Notes under the pieces: generated by a model | The model's input: only the letters and a program-made list of their open reading frames with translations | Told to the model about the DNA's origin: nothing | The model's database searches: none | Made by a program: the position numbers and the translations under genes | Assembly: GCA_963743915.1 (NCBI GenBank) | Contig: CAVURN010000003.1 | Coordinates: 416,001-480,000, forward strand | DNA: 64,000 bases | DNA from: an uncultured Actinomycetota bacterium | GTDB lineage: Bacteria > Actinomycetota > Actinomycetes > JAHEKZ01 | Direction of reading: 5' to 3' | Part shown: piece by piece, positions 50,938 to 60,051 of the stretch | How the letters are laid out: each line of letters starts with the position of its first letter | Numbering within the stretch: the first letter of the stretch is position 1

Positions 50938-51982
50938 GTGCCCTACGGAACCGTGCTCGAGCCCAGCCAGCTGGTGGCGTCACCCCTGCCGCGCCCTCGG
51001 GGCGTGCTGTCCGAGGCGGTGATCGATGTCCTGCAGCGTGATCCCGCCCACTCCCGTGCGCTCCTGCCGCATCCGTCCGGTGGTCACGACGACCCGCTCT
51101 ACGGGGACGACTCGGCGCTGGCTCTGTACTGCCTCTACGAGCTGCACTACCGAGGCTTCGACGGTGTCGATGCCCGATGGGAGTGGCACCCCGAGCTGCT
51201 GCGGTGGCGGCAGCAGATGGAGACGCTGATCGAGGAGCGGCTCGAGGACGAGCTGGGTGCTCTCGAAGAGCACCCCAAGATCCCGCAGGCGCTGCACGAC
51301 CTCATGGACGCCGCGAGTGGCCCCAGTCTCTCCGCTCACCTTCTGGAGAAGGGCACGGTCGAGCAGCTCGACCGAGATGGTGATCCACCGTTCGGCGTAC
51401 CAGCTGAAAGAGGCGGACCCGCACACGTGGGCCATCCCGCGGCTGTCCGGGGTGCCCAAGGCGGCAGCCGTCGAGATCCAGGCTGACGAATACGGCGACG
51501 GGGTCGCGCGGGACATGCACCAGAACCTCTTCGGTCTCACCATGACCGAGCTCGGGCTGGACCCGTCGTACCACGCCTACCTGGACGTGCTGCCGGGGTC
51601 GACCCTGGCGGGCGTGAACGCGGTGAGCATGTTCGGCCTGCACCGCAGGTGGCTCGGCGCCAGCGTCGGGCACCTGGCCATGTTCGAGATGACGTCCGTC
51701 GAACCGATGGGTGCGACCGCAGCAGCCTTGCGGCGGCTCGGATTCGGGGCGGATGCCCGGCACTTCTACTCCGTGCACGTGACCGCCGATGCCCACCACC
51801 AGCACGTGGCGGCTGACCAGCTGGCCCGGGGGCTGGTCGAGCAGGACGAGCGCTACGCGCGGGACGTGCTGTTCGGTGCGGCCTCGGTGATGGCCCTGGA
51901 GGGGGAGTCGGCTCGGCGCACCCTCGACGCCTGGGAGCACGGACGCTCGTCGCTGCTCACCGCCGACGTCCTGGTGGCCTGA
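50938..51982 (+). CDS. Iron-containing redox enzyme family protein (heme-oxygenase-like dimetal oxidase), frameshift near 51370
   Basis: LYELHYRGF, YQLKEADPH, IQADEYG...H, GHLAMFE, HVTADAHH. Confidence 0.85.
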
Positions 51983-52012
51983 CTACACAAGTCCCTGACC
52001 ACCACGTGGACG

Positions 52013-52048
52013 ACGAGAAGGGGACCACTTCCGTGGTCCCCTTCTCGT
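52013..52048. terminator. Perfect 16-bp stem-loop between convergent genes
   Basis: ACGAGAAGGGGACCAC-TTCC-GTGGTCCCCTTCTCGT. Confidence 0.85.
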
Positions 52049-52073
52049 GCTTCCGCGGCAGAAGCGGTCGGTG

Positions 52074-52283
52074 CTAGTCGGTGCTGACGTGGCGGTCCTC
52101 CACCACCCGGTGCTCGGTGCGCCGGGCGGAGTTGGCCGTGAAGAGGCCGGCGACGAGCAGCACGACGCCGACGGCAGCCACGATCCAGCCGGCCACCACC
52201 AGGTCGATCCCGTCGAGCCGGTCAGCAACGGCGAGCGCCATGATCAGGCCGATGGCGGTGAGCAGTCCTCCGAAAGCGATCAT
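52074..52283 (-). CDS. Small two-TM protein (DUF6458-like)
   Basis: MIAFGGLLTAIGLIMALAV...GIDLVVAGWI; GAGGAG RBS. Confidence 0.75.
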   Translation of the reverse strand: MIAFGGLLTAIGLIMALAVADRLDGIDLVVAGWIVAAVGVVLLVAGLFTANSARRTEHRVVEDRHVSTD

Positions 52284-52294
52284 GATGTGTCTCC

Positions 52295-52438
52295 TCAGGT
52301 GAAGATGCTGACGCCGCCAGGGCCGACCAAGAGGCCAACGACGATCAGGACGATTCCCCACAGGACCGAGCCGCGGATGAGAGCGACGATGCCGCTCACC
52401 ACCAAGATCACGGCGACGATCCACAGCAAGAGCTCCAT
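52295..52438 (-). CDS. GPGG-motif small membrane protein (47 aa)
   Basis: MELLLWIVAVILVVSGI...GLLVGPGGVSIFT; GGAGG RBS. Confidence 0.85.
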   Translation of the reverse strand: MELLLWIVAVILVVSGIVALIRGSVLWGIVLIVVGLLVGPGGVSIFT

Positions 52439-52469
52439 GGGTCCTCCATTTCGGTGTCGTGCCCCGGGG

Positions 52470-52536
52470 GTACCCCGGGGCGGCATGCGGCAAACCTCAC
52501 GGACGACCGGTGTTTGGACTGCGGCACTGGGGGTAT
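52470..52536. promoter_or_regulatory. Back-to-back SigB/F-type promoters
   Basis: - strand GTTT-N16-GGGTAC (52495-52470); + strand GTTT-N15-GGGTAT (52512-52536). Confidence 0.75.
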
Positions 52537-52585
52537 TCGACGGGTGAGAACTGCACTGAACGAGGGCGGGAGCCGATCCGGCCTG

Positions 52586-52975
52586 ATGAGCCAGAGAGGT
52601 AGTGTCAGCGACGTGAATCTTGAGGTGGAACGACGGACTGTCGGCGACGCGCTGGTCGTGTCCGTCTCCGGAGAGGTGGACCTGGCCACGGCCGAGCCGC
52701 TGCGTGAGGCCCTGGTGGCCGCGGAGGCAGAGTCGGCGTCCGGCATGGTGATCGACCTGCAGCGGGTGGGCTTCCTCGACTCCACCGGGATCGGTGAGCT
52801 GGTGGGGGTGCACCGCCGGTTGCGCAAGAGCGAACGCCCGTTGGCCCTGGTCGTCCCGGAGGGACCCATCCGCAAGATCCTCGCCATCACCGGGATGGAC
52901 AGCGTGCTGGACCTGCACGAGGACGAGAGCTCGGCGATCGCGGCCCTGGCGATGCGAGAGCCCGGCCATGCCTGA
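52586..52975 (+). CDS. STAS anti-sigma-factor antagonist (RsbV-like); alternative start 52613
   Basis: VSGEVDLATA, IDLQRVGFLDSTG. Confidence 0.93.
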   Translation: MSQRGSVSDVNLEVERRTVGDALVVSVSGEVDLATAEPLREALVAAEAESASGMVIDLQRVGFLDSTGIGELVGVHRRLRKSERPLALVVPEGPIRKILAITGMDSVLDLHEDESSAIAALAMREPGHA

Positions 52976-53360
52976 GCGCGGCCGCACTGTCTCCCTGGAG
53001 ATCCCTGCAGAGGCCGAGTACGTGGCGGTGCTGCGTGCCGCCGCGTCGGTGATCGCCACGCGCCTCGACTTCTCGCTCGACGAGATCGACGACCTTCGCA
53101 TCCTGGTCGACGAGGCGGCGTCCCTTCTGATCGTCGCGGGTGCCCAGGGAAACCTGCACTGCGCCATCGACGCCGACGGTGACTCCATCGCCCTCAGCCT
53201 CAGTGGCGATCTGCCCGCAGGTGCGAGCGTCGCGTCGGACGGGTTCGCCTGGAGCATCGTGCGCGCGCTGGCCCATCAGGTCGCGTCCCATGCGTCCGGC
53301 ACCGAGCACACGATCGCCGTGACGCGGCGTCGTGGCCCGGTCCTTCATCCCGCCAGCTGA
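52968..53360 (+). CDS. Anti-sigma factor (RsbW/UsfX-like)
   Basis: LEIPAEAEYVAVLR, FSLDEIDDLRILVDEA, FAWSIVRAL. Confidence 0.85.
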   Translation: MPERGRTVSLEIPAEAEYVAVLRAAASVIATRLDFSLDEIDDLRILVDEAASLLIVAGAQGNLHCAIDADGDSIALSLSGDLPAGASVASDGFAWSIVRALAHQVASHASGTEHTIAVTRRRGPVLHPAS

Positions 53361-54097
53361 TGGTGGCCGTGACACCCGCCGCCGACGCCCCGACGGGCCG
53401 CATCGTCCCGCCCGAAGAGCGCGACCGCCTGGTCGAGGAGCACCTGGGGCTGGCCCGGCACCTCGCGCGCCGATTCAGCGGACGCGGTGAGTCGTTGGAG
53501 GACCTCACCCAGGTGGCGTACCTCGCGCTCGTCAAGGCTGCCGATCGCTACGACCCCGAGCGCGGCGTCGAGTTCGGAGCCTTCGCGACGCCGACCGTCC
53601 TCGGCGAGATCAAGCGTCACTTCCGTGACAAGGGCTGGGCCATCAGGGTGCCGCGACAGCTGCAGGAGCTGCGCATCGCCTTGTCAGCCGCCACCGACGA
53701 GCTCACCCACGAGCTCAGTCGGTCGCCCAGTGTGGGCGAGCTCGCACATCACCTGGGGGTGAGCGAGGACGACGTCATCGCCGGCCTCGAGTGTGGCCGC
53801 GCGTACAGCACCCAGAGCCTCGATCCACTCGTCGACCCCGAAGAGGATGACACCGCACTCGCAGCGGTGATCGGCACCGGCGACCCCGGTTTCGAGACGG
53901 TCGAGAACCGCCAGGCGCTGCGTCCGCTCCTGGCCGACCTTCCGGAGCGCGAGCGGAACCTGCTCGAGCTGCGGTTCTTCCAGGGGATGACCCAGACGCA
54001 GATCGCCGCCCAGCTGGGCATCTCACAGATGCACGTGTCGCGGCTGTTGACGCGGACCCTCAACCACCTGAGGACCCAGCTGCTGCAGGAGGGCTGA
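53360..54097 (+). CDS. SigB/SigF/SigG family sigma factor
   Basis: PTVLGEIKRHFRDKGWAIRVPR, QLGISQMHVSRLL. Confidence 0.96.
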   Translation: MVAVTPAADAPTGRIVPPEERDRLVEEHLGLARHLARRFSGRGESLEDLTQVAYLALVKAADRYDPERGVEFGAFATPTVLGEIKRHFRDKGWAIRVPRQLQELRIALSAATDELTHELSRSPSVGELAHHLGVSEDDVIAGLECGRAYSTQSLDPLVDPEEDDTALAAVIGTGDPGFETVENRQALRPLLADLPERERNLLELRFFQGMTQTQIAAQLGISQMHVSRLLTRTLNHLRTQLLQEG

Positions 54098-54101
54098 GGG
54101 C

Positions 54102-54560
54102 TCAGCGGTCGGACGGGTCGGAGTCGAGCACCGACTCCTGGCGGAGGTCGAGCTCGACCCAGATGCGCTTGCCCTCGTCGCTGCGGTCGTAGCCCCAGGC
54201 ACTCGCCAACGCAGCGACCAGCAGCAGGCCTCGTCCATGTTCGGCCTCGAGGTCAACATCCCGCTCGAGCGGGACACCTGATGGCTCGTCGTCTGCAACC
54301 TCAATCCGCACCAGCTGGCCGTCGCGGCTGACGCGGAGGGTGGGGCGGCTGTCGGTGTGCTTGATGACGTTCGAGACGAGCTCGCTCACGAGCAGCTCGG
54401 CGGTCGCCAGCAGACCTGCGTCGGCGACGTGAAGCTCCTCGAGCCGTTGGGCTGTCAGGTGCCGAGCCCGCGGGACGCTGTCGACGCCCGCCGGCAGCCG
54501 CCAATTGCCAGGTCCGAGGTCGCTGCCTTCGGCGCCACGACGTTCGCGCTCGGCACTCAT
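54102..54560 (-). CDS. HATPase_c-type ATP-binding protein (RsbW-like)
   Basis: LLVSELVSNVIKH, EVADD, EHGRGLLLV, GKRIWVEL. Confidence 0.9.
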   Translation of the reverse strand: MSAERERRGAEGSDLGPGNWRLPAGVDSVPRARHLTAQRLEELHVADAGLLATAELLVSELVSNVIKHTDSRPTLRVSRDGQLVRIEVADDEPSGVPLERDVDLEAEHGRGLLLVAALASAWGYDRSDEGKRIWVELDLRQESVLDSDPSDR

Positions 54561-54637
54561 GCAGGCCATTCTTCCATCCCCGTGGTGTCCCCGCCGCCGA
54601 TCGACGCCAGGCTGCTCGTGCTCCTTCCGTCGAAGAA

Positions 54638-54663
54638 CTACCCCGTCCTTGACCTCGGCAAAC
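54638..54663 (-). promoter_or_regulatory. SigB/F-type promoter
   Basis: GTTT-N16-GGGTAG on the - strand. Confidence 0.65.
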
Positions 54664-54726
54664 CCGCAGACCGATCTGCGACGAAGGGCTCTGGAGGGGA
54701 GGAGCCACGCGGACCACGCTGGGACG

Positions 54727-55434
54727 GTGAGTGACATCAGGGTCGGTGCACCGCCCTCGTGGGGTCGGTGGACGGTTGCCTGCGGAGTCGCCGAGACGGT
54801 CGGCATGGTGGCGGCTGCCGGCGCGTTCACCCTCACCCGAGTCTGGCTCGGCGAGCCGGAGACGGTTGCCGTCGCGGTGCTGACGGTGCTGATCGCCATG
54901 ATCGGTGGTGCCGTCGAGGGACTGGCTGTCGGTGCGGTGCAGTGGTGGCTGCTGCGGCTGTGGCTGACGCGGCTCGCGGCGTCCGCCTGGGTCGGTGTCA
55001 CCGTGGCCGCCGCAGTCGCAGGGTGGATGCTCGGAATGCTGCCGTCGGTGCTGGTGCCACTTCTGGGTTCGGACGGCTCGGCGTCCGAGGTCACCGGCCC
55101 GCCGCTGTGGGTGATGCCACTGGTCGGGATCGGGACGGGGCTGGTGCTCGGGGGCTTGTTCGGGCTGGCCCAGTACGCCGTGCTGCGCCATCACGTGCGC
55201 AACGCCCGAGCCTGGGTGTGGGCGAATGCTGTGGGGTGGGCAGCCGCGATGGCGGTGATGTTCACCGGCGCGGGCATCCCGGCCGGGCCTTGGCCGTGGG
55301 TCGAGCTGCTGCCGCTCGCCGCCGCCACTGGCGTGCTCGCCGGGATGGCCATCGGCGCCGTCACCGGCGCCGTTCTGCCGTATCTCGAGCCTGCCGTGGG
55401 GCCATGCTCCAAGCTACGTTGGGTCAGTGGCTGA
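54727..55434 (+). CDS. Multi-TM hypothetical protein with internal duplication
   Basis: Repeated G.VQWWLLR / GLAQYAVLR...WV units; CACGCT 6 nt before GTG. Confidence 0.75.
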   Translation: MSDIRVGAPPSWGRWTVACGVAETVGMVAAAGAFTLTRVWLGEPETVAVAVLTVLIAMIGGAVEGLAVGAVQWWLLRLWLTRLAASAWVGVTVAAAVAGWMLGMLPSVLVPLLGSDGSASEVTGPPLWVMPLVGIGTGLVLGGLFGLAQYAVLRHHVRNARAWVWANAVGWAAAMAVMFTGAGIPAGPWPWVELLPLAAATGVLAGMAIGAVTGAVLPYLEPAVGPCSKLRWVSG

Positions 55435-56860
55435 CGTGGATCGGCGGAACTCGCCCTGACCAGGGCAGCGCCTCCTCCAGCTGGGCCGACAGCCGCAGCA
55501 GCAGCGACTCCGTGCCGAAGCCACCGACCAGCTGCATGCCGATGGGCAGGCCGCTCTCGCTCATGTGCAGGGGCAGGCTGATGGCGGGCTGCCCGGTGGC
55601 GTTGAACACGGCGAGGAACGACTCCCACGGAGCCCAGACCTCGAACAGACGGCTGAGCTCGATCGGCTCGGTGGGGTCGTACATCTTGAGCGGAGCGGGG
55701 AGCCGTCCGAGTGTGGGGGTGAGCAGCACGTCGTACGACGAGAAGAACCACCCCATGATGCGGGCGAGGTGGTTGGCCTGCCCCATCGCGTCGAGCAGCT
55801 GTCCGGCGGTGACGGTGCGCCCGTACTCGACGGCGGCGAGGGTCGAGCCCTCCAGTGTGTCGGCGTCCGGGGTCTTGCCGAGGTAGGCCGAGAGGCTGTC
55901 GATGGTGTGGGCGTTGTCGGCTGCCCACACGTCGGTCATCGCGCGCAGGAACGGGTCCCACTCGAAGGTGGGGGTGGCCTGCTCGACGTGGTGTCCGAGG
56001 GACTCGAGCAGCTGTGCGGTCGCCTCGGTGGCAGCCGCCACCTCGGGGTCGGCCTCGTGCCCGGACCACGGCGAGCTCCAGTACGCGACGCGCAGCGGGT
56101 CGACCGGAGACCCGACCTCCTCGAGGAAGGGCCGGGTCGGAGCAGGGATGACGAAGGGGTCGCCGTACGCCGGACCGGCAAGCGCGTCCAGCAGCGCGGC
56201 GGTGTCACGCACGCTGCGGCTCACCATGAAGTGCACCGCCCAGCCGGCGAGTGCCTCGGCGATCTGGGGGCCCCACGTGACGCGCCCGCGCGAGGTCTTC
56301 AAGCCGACCACGCCACAGGACGCGGCGGGGATGCGGATGGATCCGCCGCCGTCGCTCGCGGAGGCGACCGGGACGATGCCTGCCCCCACGACAGCGGCGG
56401 CGCCACCGCTGGAGCCACCGGCGGAGTGCGCCGCGCTCCACGGCGTGCAGGTGAGTCCCTCCGCGAGGGTCTCGGTGGTACCGAGGATGCCGAACTCCGA
56501 CGTCGTCGTACGACCGAGGTTGACCAAGCCGCTGCGCCGGATGCGGTCGTAGAAGGCGGTGTCGAGCGAGACGACCCAGTCGGCGCTGAGCCGGCTGCCG
56601 TTGCCGCAGTGTTGGCCCGCCTCGCCGTGGAAGAGGTCCTTCACCATCGTCGGGACGCCGCCGAAGGGACCGGAGGGTGCCTCGTCGCCGACGCCGGCGG
56701 CCCGTTCGCCGTAGACCTCGACGACGGCCCCGAGCGTCCCGTCGACCTGCTCGGTGGCCCGGACGGCGCAGGAGGCGAGCTCGCTCGGGCTCACCTGACC
56801 GGTGCTGACGAGCTGGGCGAGGCCGAGCCCGTCGTACTGGGCGTACTCATGGAGTTCCAC
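55424..56860 (-). CDS. Amidase signature family enzyme
   Basis: GVPTMVKDL, GGSSGG, SDGGGSIRIPA. Confidence 0.95.
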   Translation of the reverse strand: MELHEYAQYDGLGLAQLVSTGQVSPSELASCAVRATEQVDGTLGAVVEVYGERAAGVGDEAPSGPFGGVPTMVKDLFHGEAGQHCGNGSRLSADWVVSLDTAFYDRIRRSGLVNLGRTTTSEFGILGTTETLAEGLTCTPWSAAHSAGGSSGGAAAVVGAGIVPVASASDGGGSIRIPAASCGVVGLKTSRGRVTWGPQIAEALAGWAVHFMVSRSVRDTAALLDALAGPAYGDPFVIPAPTRPFLEEVGSPVDPLRVAYWSSPWSGHEADPEVAAATEATAQLLESLGHHVEQATPTFEWDPFLRAMTDVWAADNAHTIDSLSAYLGKTPDADTLEGSTLAAVEYGRTVTAGQLLDAMGQANHLARIMGWFFSSYDVLLTPTLGRLPAPLKMYDPTEPIELSRLFEVWAPWESFLAVFNATGQPAISLPLHMSESGLPIGMQLVGGFGTESLLLRLSAQLEEALPWSGRVPPIHVSH

Positions 56861-57029
56861 GCGGGGATGCTAGCCCGGGCCCGATCACCCAGCGTGACTG
56901 GCATTGGGCCGTTCGTCTCATGCCTGCCCCCGGTCCCCGGAAAACGGCCCCGGATCCCGCATACTCGTGCGTACGCTCTGCTGGACCCGTCGCCCCTGGA
57001 CAGGGGCTTCGCCCTGAACAGGTGGATCG

Positions 57030-58109
57030 ATGCTTCCTGAGCACGTTCAACCGGAGGTCGTCGAGCTCGACGCGACCTTCCGCGCGATCGACGCCGGGAC
57101 GTCCCTCGACGGACGGTTGGTCGAGTACTTCACCGCGGCCTGGCCCGCCTACCGGCGCTGGTACCTGAGCCAGGGGGAGGCCGCGCGTCCCACCTACGCC
57201 GAGTGCGCGACCAACCTGCGCCGGTACATGCCGGAGCTGGCGGACACCTACGACCGGCTGGTGGAGGCCGTCGGCGGCGGCGACCTCGAGGCGCGCTTCC
57301 TCAGCCACTGGAACCCGCCTCCGCTCTTTGCGGCGTGCTCGCTTCTGACGTACTCCCGTGAGCGCCATGTGCTGGTGCGCAACTACGACTACCCGCCGCT
57401 GCTGTGCGACAACACGGTGCTGGCGTCGTCCTGGCACGGGGCGAAGGTGCTGGCCATGACCGACTGCCTCTGGGGCGCCCTCGACGGCCTCAACGAGCAC
57501 GGTCTGTCGGTCGCCATCGCGTTCGGGGGACGGCCTGTGGTGGGGGAAGGGTTCGGGATCGGGCTCGTTGTCCGATATGTCCTGGAGTTCGCCCGCAACG
57601 TCCCCGAGGCGCTGGCCATCCTGCGGCGGGTGCCGGTGCAGCTGACGTACAACATCGCCCTGGTGGACGCAGCGGGCGACAGCGCGATCGTCTACGTCGC
57701 CCCCGACCGCGAGCCGGTGGTGAGCGGAGTCGCCACCGCAGGGAACCGACAGGGACCGACCGTCTGGCCGGAGCACGCCGAGTTCTGCGCCACCGTGCCG
57801 CGCGAGCACGCGATGGCCGAGGCGATCGCCGAGCCGGCGCTGGGCGTCGGGGACCTGGTCGACCGGTTCCTCCAGGCGCCGATCTACCGCTCGACGGCCA
57901 CGAGCACCTGGGGCACCGTCTACACGGCGGTGTACGACACCGATGCCCGGGTGCTGGAGCTGGCCTGGCCCGACGACCGGTGGGCGCTGTCGCTGCACGC
58001 CTTCGAGGAGGGGGAGCGCAGTCGACGGACCCTCGTGGCCGTGCCGCCTCCGGTGTATCAACCGGCCCCCGAGCCCGTTCCTGAGCACCCTCCGGTCCTG
58101 ATCGCCTGA
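57030..58109 (+). CDS. C45 family autoproteolytic acyltransferase/hydrolase
   Basis: YMPEL, A-C-S cleavage site, VRNYDY, DGLNEHGL, VRYVLE, WGTVYTAVY. Confidence 0.88.
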   Translation: MLPEHVQPEVVELDATFRAIDAGTSLDGRLVEYFTAAWPAYRRWYLSQGEAARPTYAECATNLRRYMPELADTYDRLVEAVGGGDLEARFLSHWNPPPLFAACSLLTYSRERHVLVRNYDYPPLLCDNTVLASSWHGAKVLAMTDCLWGALDGLNEHGLSVAIAFGGRPVVGEGFGIGLVVRYVLEFARNVPEALAILRRVPVQLTYNIALVDAAGDSAIVYVAPDREPVVSGVATAGNRQGPTVWPEHAEFCATVPREHAMAEAIAEPALGVGDLVDRFLQAPIYRSTATSTWGTVYTAVYDTDARVLELAWPDDRWALSLHAFEEGERSRRTLVAVPPPVYQPAPEPVPEHPPVLIA

Positions 58110-58191
58110 CACGGGTCCACTGCTCCGGACCGGTACCGATCAAGACATCCGTGCCCAAAGGCCTGTCCATCGGGGCTATGGTCCGGGCACG

Positions 58192-59800
58192 ATGGGCAAG
58201 AAGAAGAAGGACAAGAAGAAGCACAAGCGCAAGAAGCACTTGCGCTCCGACGGCGCACCTCGGCGACTGGACACGACCATGAGCAACGTGGGAACGGGTG
58301 GGGCGGCGAAGACCGCCAAGGCGAAGAAGTCGTCCAAGACACGCGCTCGTCGCAAAGCCGAGGGCCCGGTGCTGCGCAGCCTGTCCGACATCTACCAGTA
58401 CTTCCGGGAGAACACGAACCCGATCTACTTCGTCTCGCCCACCGCCTACAACCTGCTCGGGATCGACGAATGGATCGGCGCGTTCCGTTACATCACCTAC
58501 TTCGACAGCTTCCACGGCGGTCACTCACGCAACTTCTCGCCGACCCACAGCGGCCCCCGTGACTTCGAGACCTTTGAGTCGGTGAACTCCTACCTGCTCG
58601 GCAACAAGGAGGTCATCGACTTCATCAAACGCAACGGACCCGGTCGTGTGCTCTTCGTGATGTTCGATGAGGAGACCGAGGAGTTCGCCCACCAGCTCGG
58701 TCTCGACATCGCACTGCCGCCCCGCGAGCTGCGCGAGAAGATCGACTCGAAGATCGTGACGACTCAGCTCGGCAACGAGGCCGGTGTCGCCAGCGTGCCC
58801 AACGTCATGGGGCGCGCCAAGTCGTACAAGCAGCTCCGCAAGCTCGCGAAGAGCGCCGGCCTCGGCGAGGACCTCGTCGTGCAGACGCCCTACGGCGACT
58901 CCGGACGCACCACGTTCTTCATCGCGCAGGAGGACGACTTCCTGGACAACGAAGACGTGCTGACCGACACCGAGCTGAAGGTGATGAAGCGGATCAACCA
59001 CTTCCCGGGAACCGTCGAGGCATGTGCGACGCGTCACGGCACGTTGGTCGGTCCGATCCAGACCGACATCACCGGCTTCCCCGAGCTGACGCCCTACCGC
59101 GGCGGGTGGTGCGGGAACGACGTGTTCCCCGGAGTCTTCACCGAGGACATTCGCAAGCAGATCGGTCGCATGGCGCGCAAGCTCGGGGAGCGGCTGTACG
59201 AGATCGGCTACAAGGGAGTGTTCTGCCTCGACTTCCTGGTCGACGACGACGACGGCCAGGTCTACCTCGGCGAGATCAACCCCCGGATCTCCGGGGCGTC
59301 CCCGCTCACGAACCTCATCACCTCTCGGTACGGGGGCGTCCCGCTCTTCCTCTTCCACATGCTCGAGTTCTGCGACGTCGACTGGGAGGTCGACATCGAC
59401 GCCGTTCAGCACCGGTGGCGTGACTTCGACCGCTGGACGCAGCTGGTCCTGAAGCAGGTCACTGACGAGGTCGAGCTGATCACCGCCGCTCCGCGCAGCG
59501 GTCTGTGGCGCATCGACGACGACGGATCAATCGCGTACGTGCACGAGGAGACCGACTGGCACAACGTCAGCGACGACTCCGAAGCCTTCTACCTTCAGGT
59601 GTACGGCGAGGGTGAGTACCGGTACCCCGGTGCCGACCTCGGGATCCTGGTCACCCGCGATCGAATGCAGACCGACAGCCGCGAGCTGCTCGCCCGCGGG
59701 GCCAAGTGGGCCTCAGCGATCGGCGACCAGTTCCAGGGCGTACCACCGGAAGGCCGCGTGGTCACCCCGGAGGAACTGCTGTACGCGCAAGTGGTTCTGA
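58192..59800 (+). CDS. ATP-grasp ligase (family usually mislabelled biotin carboxylase); terminal frameshift; alternative start 58279
   Basis: IDSKI, VVQTPYGDSGRTTFF, GGWCGND, CLDFL, GEINPRISG; probable end RKWF* at 59800. Confidence 0.85.
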
Positions 59801-59810
59801 CGCCGGCGGA

Positions 59811-59835
59811 GTTTGTTCCGCCCCTGTGCGGGGAA
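59811..59835 (+). promoter_or_regulatory. SigB/F-type promoter for csbD
   Basis: GTTT-N16-GGGAA. Confidence 0.6.
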
Positions 59836-59877
59836 GGCGGGTGGGAACACCCATCTGTCGCACAGAGGAGTCATCAC

Positions 59878-60051
59878 ATGGGGATCGACGACAAGGCGCG
59901 TCACAAGGCCGAGGAGCTCAAGGGCAAGGCCAAGGAGACCACCGGGTCCGCAACCGGCGACGAGGAGCTTCGCGAGGAAGGCCGCGCCGACCGGACGAGC
60001 TCGGACCTGAAGCAGGCCGGCGAGAAGGTCAAGGACGCGTTCAAGCGCTGA
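59878..60051 (+). CDS. csbD: CsbD family stress protein
   Basis: KGKAKETTG...LREEG...GEKVKDAF; own GAGGAG RBS. Confidence 0.92.
   Translation: MGIDDKARHKAEELKGKAKETTGSATGDEELREEGRADRTSSDLKQAGEKVKDAFKR

Noticed and set aside
58192-60051. Apparent ATP-grasp-CsbD fusion (619 aa in the ORF track)
   Set aside because: csbD has its own RBS and promoter; a 1-nt shift near 59780 restores a stop at 59800, so this is a likely indel artefact
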